Positions 39,701 to 47,712 are shown, counted from the first letter of the stretch. The stretch: 64,000 nt of DNA from Verrucomicrobiia bacterium (GCA_036498725.1 DASYEY010000256.1:5611-69610); one strand, 5' to 3'. Numbers and translations are program-made. The notes: generated from the sequence alone by a model not told the origin.

Positions 39701-39862
39701 GAAATCTTTGGGAATAACGGCCAGCTTTACATGCCGTTGCCGGCGAACAATGCATCGGGCAATTCACTGATTTCATTGACGTGCGCTGGCGGCAACGTCA
39801 CGTTCAATTCGTTGACGGTCAACGAGCTTAAGTCCATCTGGACGGGCTTAAGCCAGCGATAA
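33770..39862 (+). CDS. Giant multidomain surface protein (about 2030 aa) ending in a GH32 fructosidase
   Basis: The signal peptide MSLKRVRTKFWSGLWLAVWLQLGFG starts at the ATG at 33770. The domain order is an unassigned N-terminal domain, FN3 (LSWDVVPGAIAYNVKRS), a LamG-like domain, the first FNY/GFGW module and two Ig-like domains. The second FNY/GFGW module follows, then a beta-sandwich (FYRALNG), a GH32-associated N-domain and the GH32 catalytic domain (GWLNDANG, GRDPHIFW, FFECPDIF). Confidence 0.85.
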   Translation: MSLKRVRTKFWSGLWLAVWLQLGFGAQFISAANVMNYGADGNDYFQFTTPSLAFDKASGFTTLITFAMHVDADGTLEIGGGPVCSNGVYVGPGNWSNLVNTLKAAPTTVTRYEVCVGGWLDTSYDNIKSLIASQGTGTGSMLYRNFLALKNAVPGIDAINDDDEKTYDVNSTVGFANLLGGLGYKFTTAPYTAQNFWVNVNNSVTNCDAIYLQCYSGGAGNDPAQWNTAFGHGVKVIPGQESNTANPAAFRSWYLATGAAGGFYYPDILFASTYWSAAIIQAAGTVPTVPTGLNIISGGSRVKLSWDVVPGAIAYNVKRSAGSGGEVTIGTISTANTAWPASNQFFDALPAAGVINYYKVSAINTNGESVNSAEVSVTPPTVAAWFKADAISSANGGGVAIWPDSSGRGFSAIQTTVGQRPTYMTSALNGLPVVHFNGANNQILALNRPIQDDFTIFCVFRSSQGLSSGTQFSESAGLVSANAAGVANDFGAGLFAGGQICAGAGNPDASISSAMGFNDGQSHVLTFKRTKSSGELDLYVDGNFVGRTTGNTASLNASAKLVLGAQQTLENYFSGDLAEVKMYSAALSDADQQTQETSLAQKWGVASAAAGLLAYDGFNYPAGNILSGQFGGIGWSNGWVDVSGNASETIIPGLLTGENALSGFDNRSLGNAAHVGNNSRSGRWLDCSTNGNFALAGYVNASGNIGASGKILYLSFLQQASSPAQFYEFELHRGDLGDPGRIAGVGNDSANATTVNLRVPGAAQTPFAAGNTNVNFYVVRIDYHGGNDDVYIYRNPTGASEADNAAALTMLGAGDMSFNGLSFGAYLNDVTVSDDEIRLGQTWASVLGNPPVFVVQPMSQTVYAGQNAQFTALAQSSQPLNYQWYRIIAGITNALTGQTNANLIFTGGPGDAGTYFVLATNALGMATSAQATLSAQIISVALTSSSSIPIGPGSNVVLNAAVDGVQPLTLQWYKDGAAIADATNAAFAMGADGFFDAGQYVLTANNTYGSATSSIVNVFPNWGGLLVYEGFNYGQSNSDIGGASGGFGWAGAWVNVAGGSSQTYSNNLSAGANAPAGYDARSLNGYLSVANASRKGRYLDCSVAGALAQHGYVDGNGNLGANGTTIYLSFLQQPNALAQFYEFELKRGDLGDGGRLAGIGNDTTDDHVHLRIESPAGGSSTFYDLGLGTTNVNFYVLRMDYRTGNDTVTVYRNPSSATEPTVPTLTVSNIADMSFDGVSLAAYLNNLTVAHDEVRLGMAWSDVVGNTVSELQLTQRTNQVSSLLLAGSPNYNYQVQAATNLFGPWTNLGTVTTPILGVSLFVETNVNSSQRFYRALNGTVTLASSSTDTVITDFEQPTYGTWVTTGTAFGSGPAQGTLPNQQTVGGYQGSGLVDSFHGGDPATGTLTSPPLVITKPYLDFLIGGGNLPGQECLNLIVSNVIVKTATGANSETLTAQQWDVSAYLGQTATLQIVDTATGGWGHINVDQIVLSDTVFPSLSRTLWLTNGLLNLPVKNGATMKRVTVVVGGNPVRDFNIELADGVADWWAFVDVSAFSNQTATVSVSSLAPGSTGLSSIVQTNGIVGATNLYQEALRPQIHFATKRGWLNDANGMFYYHGQYHLYYQHDPFNWDGSGQKWWGHAVSTDMLNWQELPEGIYSHTYGDDVWSGSAVVDASNTGGFKTGTNDVIVAAFYSTARGECIAYSNDGGVTFTDYINNPVVVHTGTGRDPHIFWYAPLNYWVMAVYDDAGGNGVQFYSTPDFRHWTFRSKIYNGFFECPDIFPLPVDGDTNNVMWELNDASSGYQLGQFDGATFTPSTAKLPGNSGADYYASQTFTGMAPGDNRKVRICWAQISTPGMPFNQLMYFPTALGLTTTANGVRLCSTPITEITNNAINIYSWTNLTLSPGNNPLSGIRGKAFDVKAQFAAGSASAVTFTFQGVVVTYNAANQQINCNGDTQSLPFIGGKVQLEIVVDRDTIEIFGNNGQLYMPLPANNASGNSLISLTCAGGNVTFNSLTVNELKSIWTGLSQR

Positions 39863-39889
39863 TGTCGCGCAGGAAATAAAAAGGAAAAA

Positions 39890-42040
39890 ATGAAAAAGAC
39901 GTATTGCGGGATAATTATTCTGGGGCTGGCCTATGCGACCGCTTGGGCGCAAAGCTCCAACCTTGTAGTCGCGGATTTCGAGGGTGCTGATTACGGTCAA
40001 TGGAAAGTGACCGGCACCGCCTTTGGTTCTGCCCCGGCGCACGGCTCATTGCCCGGTCAGATGTCGGTGGAAGGATTCCAAGGACATGGTCTGGCCAATT
40101 CATTCAACGGCGGTGACGACGCCACGGGGACTTTGACTTCACCGTCATTCAAGGTTGAACGGAAACATCTTCAATTCCTCATCGGCGGCGGCGGTTGGGA
40201 AGGCAAGACCTGCCTGAATCTGCTGGTAGACGGCAAAGTCGTGCGCTCAGCAATCGGGCCAAACACGCAGCCGGGCGGCAGCGAACGTTTGCAGCCCGGA
40301 CAATGGGATGTCACGGAATTTCTTGGCCGGGACGCGGTGGTGACGATTGTGGACGATGCGACTGGCGGCTGGGGACATATCAACGTGGATCAGATCGTCC
40401 AGAGCGATCAACGCATTGAAGCGTCGATCCTGCGTTTTAATGTCACCCGCGACCTTGTCGTAGAAAAACCATACATTAATTTCCCCGTGAAGAATGGAGC
40501 TGCCAAGCGTCAGGTGACCGTTTTGGTGGGCGGGAAAGCAGTCCGTGCTTTTGACATTGAGCTGGCCGACGGCAAGCCGGATTGGTGGGCGTTTTTGGAT
40601 GCGGCTCCATTTCAAGGCCAGACCGTTACGCTCAAGGTAAACCAATTGTCCGATCATTCCACGGGGTTGAGTTCCGTGGATCAGACAGATGAGATCAAAG
40701 GCCATCAGAATCTGTACCACGAATCGTTGCGGCCGCAATTCCATTTCACCTCGCGTCGCGGCTGGTTGAACGACCCGAACGGGCTCGTTTATTTTCAAGG
40801 TGAATATCACCTGTTCTATCAACACAATCCTTATGGCTGGGATTGGGGGAATATGTCCTGGGGACATGCGGTGAGCCCGGACCTGGTCCATTGGCGGGAA
40901 TTGCCCGTGGCGTTGTATCCCGACGCACACGGCACGATGTTCTCAGGCTCCGCCGTGGTGGATTGGAATAACACGGCGGGTTTTCAAGCCGGCCAGGAAC
41001 CTGCGTTGGTGGCCATGATCACGGCTGCAGGTAAGCCATTTACCCAGGAGATTGCCTATAGCAACGACCGCGGTCGCACTTGGACCAAATACGAAAAGAA
41101 CCCGGTACTCGGACATATTGCGGCGGAAAATCGCGATCCGAAAGTCGTGTGGTTTGCGCCGGAAAAGAAATGGGTGATGGCGCTTTACCTGGACAACAAC
41201 GACTATGCGATCTTCGAATCGCATGATTTGAAACAGTGGCACAAACTCCAGGATTTCACGTTGCCGGGGGACGCAGAATGTCCAAATTTTTTCCCGGTGC
41301 CATTGGATGGTGATTCCCAAAATTTGCGCTGGGTTTTCTTCGGTGCCAGTGGCGTCTATGTCGTTGGTAAATTTGACGGCCAACAATTCACGCCCGAAAC
41401 CAAACCGCAACGTTTGCAAAATGGCAACTGCTGGTATGCGGCACAGGTATACTCAGACATCCCCACCAACGATGGCCGCTGCATTCTCATTCCGTGGGGC
41501 CGGTTGCCAGACGGGGAAATTTTCCGTGGCTTGACGTTCAATCAGATGATGGGTTTGCCGGTTGAACTCACGTTGCATTCCACCAGCTCGGGCGCATCAC
41601 TCTTGGTTGATCCGGCGCGTGAACTTAAGTCGTTACGCCAAACCACGCACAGTGTCGAACCACAAACGCTCAAGCCCGACACCAATCCGTTGACCGGAAT
41701 TCAGGGTGATTTGATTGAGGTGGAAGCTGAAATCGCGGTTGGCACGGCAAAAGAAATCTCTTTTGAATTGCGCGGTGTGCCGGTGACTTACGATGTGGCG
41801 ACGCAGAAAATATCCTGCCTGGGTAGCCACGCCACAGTGGTGCCGGAAGCCGGCAAGATCTCACTGCATATGTTCGTGGATCGTGCGGCTGTGGATATTT
41901 ACGGCGGTAACGGAACGCTTTACCTGCCGTTGGCCAAAGCCATTTCCGCACACGATCACAATTTGAAACTTTCCTGTGCCGGCGGTGACGCCCAGATCGT
42001 TTCGCTGAACGTGTATGAACTGAAGTCCGCCTGGCAATGA
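39890..42040 (+). CDS. Glycoside hydrolase family 32 (beta-fructosidase/levanase-like), secreted
   Basis: Signal peptide MKKTYCGIIILGLAYATAWA. It has the same N-terminal accessory domains as the C-terminal part of the preceding gene. GH32 motifs are GWLNDPNG, NRDPKVVWF and AECPNFF. Confidence 0.9.
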   Translation: MKKTYCGIIILGLAYATAWAQSSNLVVADFEGADYGQWKVTGTAFGSAPAHGSLPGQMSVEGFQGHGLANSFNGGDDATGTLTSPSFKVERKHLQFLIGGGGWEGKTCLNLLVDGKVVRSAIGPNTQPGGSERLQPGQWDVTEFLGRDAVVTIVDDATGGWGHINVDQIVQSDQRIEASILRFNVTRDLVVEKPYINFPVKNGAAKRQVTVLVGGKAVRAFDIELADGKPDWWAFLDAAPFQGQTVTLKVNQLSDHSTGLSSVDQTDEIKGHQNLYHESLRPQFHFTSRRGWLNDPNGLVYFQGEYHLFYQHNPYGWDWGNMSWGHAVSPDLVHWRELPVALYPDAHGTMFSGSAVVDWNNTAGFQAGQEPALVAMITAAGKPFTQEIAYSNDRGRTWTKYEKNPVLGHIAAENRDPKVVWFAPEKKWVMALYLDNNDYAIFESHDLKQWHKLQDFTLPGDAECPNFFPVPLDGDSQNLRWVFFGASGVYVVGKFDGQQFTPETKPQRLQNGNCWYAAQVYSDIPTNDGRCILIPWGRLPDGEIFRGLTFNQMMGLPVELTLHSTSSGASLLVDPARELKSLRQTTHSVEPQTLKPDTNPLTGIQGDLIEVEAEIAVGTAKEISFELRGVPVTYDVATQKISCLGSHATVVPEAGKISLHMFVDRAAVDIYGGNGTLYLPLAKAISAHDHNLKLSCAGGDAQIVSLNVYELKSAWQ

Positions 42041-42050
42041 TGGAATCATT

Positions 42051-44090
42051 ATGAGATTCGTCCGAAACTTTTGCGTCTTCGCTTGTACCGCCGCGCTGAT
42101 GGCCGGTGGGTCGGCGCGCGCCATGGTTTCGCTCGAGTCGTTGCTGAACGAAATGGTGGATTTCGACGCCGAGGCCCGTTGGCCGCAGCCGGAGTTTATG
42201 GGTAAACAGGCCAGCAGTTATGATCGCGCCGCCAAAGCGCCCGATCAACCCGGCTGGTTTGCGAATCAGGATCAAAATCAATTCATCCGCTACGAGCAAT
42301 TTGATGGGCGCACGGAGCGAGTGATGTTGGACACGGATGGTCCCGGTTGTCTGGTGCGCTTTTGGCTGACGACGGATCGGAACAAGCAAGGTACGCTTCG
42401 GATCTATCTGGATGGCGCAGAAAAACCAACGCTAACCTTTCCGGCCTTTGACCTGTTGAGTGGCGCGTTGCACCTCGCTGCGCCATTGGCCCAGCCTCAT
42501 CCCGGTTATCAGGCAGATGGTGGCGGTGGCAACACGCTTTACCTGCCGATTCCCTACGCCAAACATTGCAAGGTGACCTGGGAGGAAGCGAGCCAGGGTT
42601 CCCGTTATTATCAGATCGGCTATCGTACATATCCACCCGGCACGCCGGTGCAATCATTCACCTGGGAAAATTTTCAAACGCTGCAATCCTTGATTCAGCG
42701 CGTGAACACAGCCTTATCGTCGCCACCGGATTCACCGTCTGGACAGAATGTGTCGGTGGCTAAAAAAATTCCGGCGCGGGGTGAACTGGTTTTGCAATTG
42801 CCGGATGAAGCCGCTGCTGTGCACCGGTTGGAACTGACTGTGTCACCAACGCTTTCCGAACAACAATTGCGGTCGTTGGTATTACAGATGGTATGTGACG
42901 ATGAAACGAACATCTGGTGCCCGGCATCCGATTTTTTTGGCAGTGGCGTGGGGTTGAATCCGGTGGCGAGCTGGTATCGCACCGTGACGACGAACGGCGT
43001 CATGACCTCGCGCTGGGTGATGCCTTACCAAAAGAATGCGCGGATCAGGTTGCTCAATCTTGGGTCGGAGCCGGTTAATGTGTCATTGCGCGCCACGGTA
43101 GCTCCCTGGCAATGGGATGATCGCAGCCTGTATTTTCATTCGGTCTGGCATCACGAATCGGGTTTGCAGGTTCCGCCGCCGCGCGATTGGAATTATGTGA
43201 CGATCACAGGCCGGGGCGTTTATGTGGGCGACACGTTGGCACTCTTCAATCCCGTTCCCGCCTGGTATGGCGAAGGTGACGAAAAAATTTGGGTGGATGG
43301 CGAATCCTTCCCGTCAGATTTTGGCACGGGTACGGAAGATTATTACGGTTATTCCTATGCCCCCAAACCGGTTCACCAGACGCCGTTCTGCGGCGAGACG
43401 CGAATTGATCAGCCGCAAACTCAGGGCCACAACACCTCCATCCGTTCGCGCAATCTGGATGGTATTCCGTTTCGTACGTCGCTTCAATTTGACATGGAAT
43501 TGCTGCCTTGGAGATCCGGCGCACTCACCTATGCCGCCACCACGTATTGGTATGCCTTTCCTGGCGCGACGGACAATCGTCCACCGCAGCCCGAAGCCGC
43601 TATGGCACCGGTGCCCACGCTGGCGGACGCGATCGCAGCGAATGCGCCGAAGCATCGTCGGCATGCGATCGAATGCGAGCATCTTAAGCTATTGGCGAAG
43701 TCTGGCGATTTTCCCGTGCACGAACAGGATATGGAACCGTTTGGAGCCCAGCGTTGGAGTGGCGGCGGGCAATTATTGGTTGTCCCCAAAGCGGTTGGTG
43801 ATTTTGTAGAGCTCAAGGTGAGCGCGCCGGATGATCAACCCCGGCAAATCCTGCTTTATGCCACGCAAGCGCCGGACTACGGCACGCTCCAATTTTCGAT
43901 CAACGGCCAGATTGTGCCGGAGCAGTTTGATGGTTACGCTACGACCGTGCGTCCGGCCACGGTTTTGAATCTCGGAACTTTTACTCCGCATGACGGTGAG
44001 TTCGTATTGCGGGTGGAAGTGATAGGGACCAATCCGTTGACCAGCGGCGCGAAATATTTGTTCGGTCTAGATTGCCTGGTCCTAAAATAA
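42051..44090 (+). CDS. DUF2961 / glycoside hydrolase family 172-like protein
   Basis: DGPGCLVRFWLTT, LRIYLDG, YLPIPYAKHC and GTGTEDYYGYSY fit my recollection of the DUF2961 double-jelly-roll family. That family is now GH172 and acts on difructose dianhydrides and alpha-fructofuranosides. An extra C-terminal beta-sandwich is present. Confidence 0.7.
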   Translation: MRFVRNFCVFACTAALMAGGSARAMVSLESLLNEMVDFDAEARWPQPEFMGKQASSYDRAAKAPDQPGWFANQDQNQFIRYEQFDGRTERVMLDTDGPGCLVRFWLTTDRNKQGTLRIYLDGAEKPTLTFPAFDLLSGALHLAAPLAQPHPGYQADGGGGNTLYLPIPYAKHCKVTWEEASQGSRYYQIGYRTYPPGTPVQSFTWENFQTLQSLIQRVNTALSSPPDSPSGQNVSVAKKIPARGELVLQLPDEAAAVHRLELTVSPTLSEQQLRSLVLQMVCDDETNIWCPASDFFGSGVGLNPVASWYRTVTTNGVMTSRWVMPYQKNARIRLLNLGSEPVNVSLRATVAPWQWDDRSLYFHSVWHHESGLQVPPPRDWNYVTITGRGVYVGDTLALFNPVPAWYGEGDEKIWVDGESFPSDFGTGTEDYYGYSYAPKPVHQTPFCGETRIDQPQTQGHNTSIRSRNLDGIPFRTSLQFDMELLPWRSGALTYAATTYWYAFPGATDNRPPQPEAAMAPVPTLADAIAANAPKHRRHAIECEHLKLLAKSGDFPVHEQDMEPFGAQRWSGGGQLLVVPKAVGDFVELKVSAPDDQPRQILLYATQAPDYGTLQFSINGQIVPEQFDGYATTVRPATVLNLGTFTPHDGEFVLRVEVIGTNPLTSGAKYLFGLDCLVLK

Positions 44091-44093
44091 ACT

Positions 44094-45455
44094 ATGAAAA
44101 AACAAATCTTCTTCTGGTCCATCACTTCCGCGCTGGCGGGATTTTTATTCGGTTTTGACACGGTGGTCATTTCCGGCGCCGAACAGAAAATTCAAGCGCT
44201 TTGGGGATTAAGCGCGGGCTTGCATGGTTTTGCCATGGCTTCAGCACTTTATGGTACCGTCTTGGGTTCGTTGTTCGGCGGCTGGCCGACTGATCATTTC
44301 GGGCGCAAAAAAACGTTGCTGTGCATCGGGGTGCTCTACGTCATTTCCGCCTTGGGTTGCGCGTTTGCGAATGATGTCACGATGTTCATCGCGGCCCGCG
44401 TGATCGGTGGTATCGGCATCGGCATCTCCACGGTGGCCGCGCCGCTTTATATTTCAGAAATTGCTCCGGCAGCCTATCGCGGACGCCTTGCGGGGATGTT
44501 CCAGTTCAACATCGTTTTTGGTATTCTCATCGCGTATGCCTCCAACGCGCTGCTCGCCGGCATCGGCGATAATGCGTGGCGCTGGATGCTCGGTGTCGCA
44601 GCCGTTCCTTCCATCATTTACACCTTGTTGTGTTTCGGCATCCCGGAAAGTCCGCGCTGGTTGATCGGACGCAAAGGTGATCGCGCCGCCGGCATAAAAG
44701 TCTTAAAACTCATCGAGCCAGAGGCTTCCCCGGCGCAAATTGAAGCGGATGCCAATGCGATTTCTGCCGCTTCCAGTACGACCGTCACTGCCACAAGATT
44801 TTGGACGATGAGTTTGCGCGTGCCAATCCTGCTGGCGTTTCTCGTTGCTTTCTTCAATCAGCTTTCGGGCATCAATGCGATTCTCTATTTTGCCCCGCGC
44901 ATTTTTGAGATGACAGGTTTGGGGGCTAAAGCGGCGTTGCTCCAATCCATCGGCATCGGCGTCACGAATCTGATTTTTACTTTTGTCGGGTTGTGGCTGA
45001 TTGATCGTCTGGGCCGCCGGACGTTGTTGTTCATTGGTTCTTTTGGTTACCTTGCCTCGCTCGGATTGACTGCCTGGGCATTTTTCACCCAGCATTACAC
45101 CATTGTGCCGGCGTGTATCTTTGCGTTCATCGCGGCGCACGCGATCGGGCAGGGGGCGGTGATCTGGGTCTTCATCTCGGAAATTTTTCCGAACCGTCAC
45201 CGGGCGGAAGGCCAAACCCTGGGCAGTTCAACCCATTGGGTCTTCGCCGCGCTGCTGACGACCGTTTTTCCGATCATGGTCAAAGTATCGGGCGCGGAAG
45301 CACAGCCGCAACGGGCCGGATACATCTTCCTTTTCTTCTGCGGCATGATGGCGCTGCAACTGATCTGGGTTAAATTTATGGTGCCGGAAACCAAGGGTGT
45401 GCCGTTGGAACAGATGCAGGAAAAACTCGGCATTCGTGGGCCGGGCACGGCCTAG
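44094..45455 (+). CDS. MFS sugar porter family transporter
   Basis: GFLFGFDTVVISGA, GRKKTL, PESPRWL and PETKG are classic sugar-porter signatures. It has 12 TM helices. Confidence 0.9.
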   Translation: MKKQIFFWSITSALAGFLFGFDTVVISGAEQKIQALWGLSAGLHGFAMASALYGTVLGSLFGGWPTDHFGRKKTLLCIGVLYVISALGCAFANDVTMFIAARVIGGIGIGISTVAAPLYISEIAPAAYRGRLAGMFQFNIVFGILIAYASNALLAGIGDNAWRWMLGVAAVPSIIYTLLCFGIPESPRWLIGRKGDRAAGIKVLKLIEPEASPAQIEADANAISAASSTTVTATRFWTMSLRVPILLAFLVAFFNQLSGINAILYFAPRIFEMTGLGAKAALLQSIGIGVTNLIFTFVGLWLIDRLGRRTLLFIGSFGYLASLGLTAWAFFTQHYTIVPACIFAFIAAHAIGQGAVIWVFISEIFPNRHRAEGQTLGSSTHWVFAALLTTVFPIMVKVSGAEAQPQRAGYIFLFFCGMMALQLIWVKFMVPETKGVPLEQMQEKLGIRGPGTA

Positions 45456-45472
45456 TTGAATCAAAGTTTTGT

Positions 45473-46378
45473 ATGAAATTGAAAGTCATCGGTATTGGCG
45501 AAGTGCTCTGGGATTTATTGCCCGCCGGCCGCCAATTGGGCGGCGCTCCCGCCAATTTTTCGGTCCACGCCAAAAGGCTCGGAGCGCAGGCCCAATTGAT
45601 TAGCCGGTTGGGCCGGGATGATTTGGGCCACGCCATTCTCGAACGCCTGATCGAAATGGGGGTGGATGTGGCGGCGATTCAGTCCGATGACCAGGCGCCT
45701 ACAGGTACGGCTTCAGTGGAACTGAATCAGGGGGGCGTGCCACATTTTGTCATCCAGGAAAATGTGGCCTGGGATCATTTATCAATGACGGAAAAGGCAC
45801 GCACCGTGGTCCAGGCAGCGGATGCCATTTGTTTCGGCACGCTGGCCCAACGTCATGAAAGCTCGCGGGTCGCGATCCAGTCGCTGATCGCTGTCGCGCG
45901 GCCCGATGCGCTCAAGGTATTTGATGTGAATCTCCGGCAAAATTTCTTCTCCCGGGAACTCATCAAAACGTCGCTGAAACTGGCCAACATCCTGAAACTC
46001 AATGACGAGGAACTTCCGGTGCTTGCCAAATTTTTTGGCCTGACTGGCGAACCGGAGGAACAGATTGCCGAATTAGCGCAACAGTTTGATTTGAAACTGG
46101 TGGCGTTGACGTGCGGGGCGCGGGGCAGTTTGTTTTATTCCCGGGGAGATTATTCCCGGGTGCCAGGACTGCCAGCCAAAGTGGTGGACACCGTGGGGGC
46201 CGGGGATGCGTTTACGGCCACCCTGACGTTGGGGGTTTTGGCGGGTTGGGATCTGGATCGGATCAACCGGAGTGCCAGCGAAGTGGCGGCCTATGTTGTT
46301 TCGCAACCGGGTGCCACCCCGTGCCTGCCGGAGCAGTTACGGTTCTTTGAAGCTTTTTCATTGAATGCCGTAGCCTGA
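45473..46378 (+). CDS. PfkB-family carbohydrate kinase (fructokinase-like)
   Basis: N-terminal GIGEVLWDLL..GGAPANF and C-terminal DTVGAGDAFTA motifs. The context is a fructan-utilisation cluster. Confidence 0.85.
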   Translation: MKLKVIGIGEVLWDLLPAGRQLGGAPANFSVHAKRLGAQAQLISRLGRDDLGHAILERLIEMGVDVAAIQSDDQAPTGTASVELNQGGVPHFVIQENVAWDHLSMTEKARTVVQAADAICFGTLAQRHESSRVAIQSLIAVARPDALKVFDVNLRQNFFSRELIKTSLKLANILKLNDEELPVLAKFFGLTGEPEEQIAELAQQFDLKLVALTCGARGSLFYSRGDYSRVPGLPAKVVDTVGAGDAFTATLTLGVLAGWDLDRINRSASEVAAYVVSQPGATPCLPEQLRFFEAFSLNAVA

Positions 46379-46415
46379 TAGTGTCATGATTTTGACCTGA
46401 CCCAAACCGTCCCTT

Positions 46416-47588
46416 ATGGCTCAAGACTCGAAACATCACCTGATATATCAGGCGCTGGCTTCTGATATCGGCAACGGCAAGTATCGTGAGACTGGAAAAC
46501 TCCCGAGCGAAGCTCAATTGGTTGCCCGTTTCAAAGTGTCGCGGCCGACGGTGATCCGGGCGTTACGAGACCTGCAAGCGGACGGATTGGTGACGCGTCG
46601 TGTCGGGGCCGGCACATTCTTGAACCGCTCTTCGCCCCAGCCGTTGCCGTCGCAACCGTTGCCGGTCCAATCATTGGAACTGGGTTTGCTGGTTCCGGGT
46701 GTGCGGCGGGCGGGTGAAATTTTTGAAGTCATTGCCGGTGAATTGGCCCGGCTGGCCCGCGCGGCGGGTTACATGTTTTGGTGGACCGGTGGTTCGAGCG
46801 AAGACCTGGATGCGGTCGCCACGCTGCGCAACGCGGAAAAGATCTGCGACCAGTTCATCCAGCGCAAAGTGGCGGGGGTCTTCTTTGCCTCGTTTGAACA
46901 CATGGCCCAATGCGATTCGACCAACTTCCGGCTGGTCAATCGTTTGCGGGAAGCTGGTATCACGGTGACTTTGTTGGACCGGGACATGAGTTCCTTTCCG
47001 TTGCGCACGGATCTTGACCTGGTCGGCATTGATAATTTTCAAGGCGGTTATATTCTGGCCAAACATCTGATCAAGCTGGGCTGCCGGCGGATCGGATTTG
47101 TGGCCGTCCCCTTTTCCGCCCCGACGATTAAATTTCGACTGGCGGGAGCGCGCGAAGCCATTTTGGAAGCGGGCATGGAACTGCCGCACAATTTTTTTCA
47201 GGTCGGGAATCCCGAGGATCCGAAATTTGTGCGCATGGTGGCGGCTGGCCGGATGAAGGACGCCATCATTTGCGGTAATGATTATACCGCCGCCGTATTG
47301 ATCCGTTCGTTGCACAAAATCGGAGTCAGTGTGCCCAAAGGCTTGCGGGTGGTTGGTTTCGACGACGTGCATTACGCCACGCTGGTCTCGCCGCCGCTGA
47401 CAACGATGCATCAACCCTGTCGGGAAATTGCCACGCTGGCTTTCAAATCCATGTTAAGCCGCATCGCTGATCCCACGACGACCCCGCGGACGGTTATGCT
47501 GACGCCGAGCTTGGTGGTGCGTGAATCCTGTGGCGCTTATCTATCCCGTCCTAATAATCAGGAGCCGGTGAAGAAAAAACGCGCTTGA
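46416..47588 (+). CDS. AraR-type transcriptional regulator (GntR HTH + LacI/PBP1 sugar-binding domain)
   Basis: The GntR wHTH is LPSEAQLVARFKVSRPTVIRALRDLQADGLVTRRVGAGTF. It is followed by a periplasmic-binding-protein-like domain (IGFV, ICGNDYTAAVLIRSL, VVGFDD). Confidence 0.8.
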   Translation: MAQDSKHHLIYQALASDIGNGKYRETGKLPSEAQLVARFKVSRPTVIRALRDLQADGLVTRRVGAGTFLNRSSPQPLPSQPLPVQSLELGLLVPGVRRAGEIFEVIAGELARLARAAGYMFWWTGGSSEDLDAVATLRNAEKICDQFIQRKVAGVFFASFEHMAQCDSTNFRLVNRLREAGITVTLLDRDMSSFPLRTDLDLVGIDNFQGGYILAKHLIKLGCRRIGFVAVPFSAPTIKFRLAGAREAILEAGMELPHNFFQVGNPEDPKFVRMVAAGRMKDAIICGNDYTAAVLIRSLHKIGVSVPKGLRVVGFDDVHYATLVSPPLTTMHQPCREIATLAFKSMLSRIADPTTTPRTVMLTPSLVVRESCGAYLSRPNNQEPVKKKRA

Positions 47589-47636
47589 TCTGTAGAATTT
47601 CAACGAAAACCGTGCCATTTCGATAGGAGCGACCAC

Positions 47637-47712
47637 CGAGCGAAGCAATGCTTCGCGCTCCAGCTTTGCTTGCCATGCCCAGTGCAAGGGAGCGCGGAGC
47701 AATTGCTCCGCT
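47637..47712. terminator. Cluster of GC-rich hairpins between convergent genes
   Basis: Hairpin 1 is GCGAAGC-aat-GCTTCGC. Hairpin 2 is GCGGAGC-aatt-GCTCCGC. The spacer between them contains a short nested CTTGC/GCAAG hairpin bracketed by GCGCTCC...GGAGCGC. There is no strong T-run directly after them. Confidence 0.4.

Noticed and set aside
40247-42389. Minus-strand ORFs of 227 aa (40247-40930), 158 aa (40943-41419) and 239 aa (41670-42389) opposite GH32 and GH172.
   Set aside because: They overlap strongly supported plus-strand glycoside-hydrolase genes. Their composition is Arg/His/Pro-rich and they have no motifs.
46671-47414. 247-aa minus-strand ORF opposite the AraR-type regulator.
   Set aside because: It is a shadow ORF, since the plus-strand frame has HTH and PBP1 signatures.
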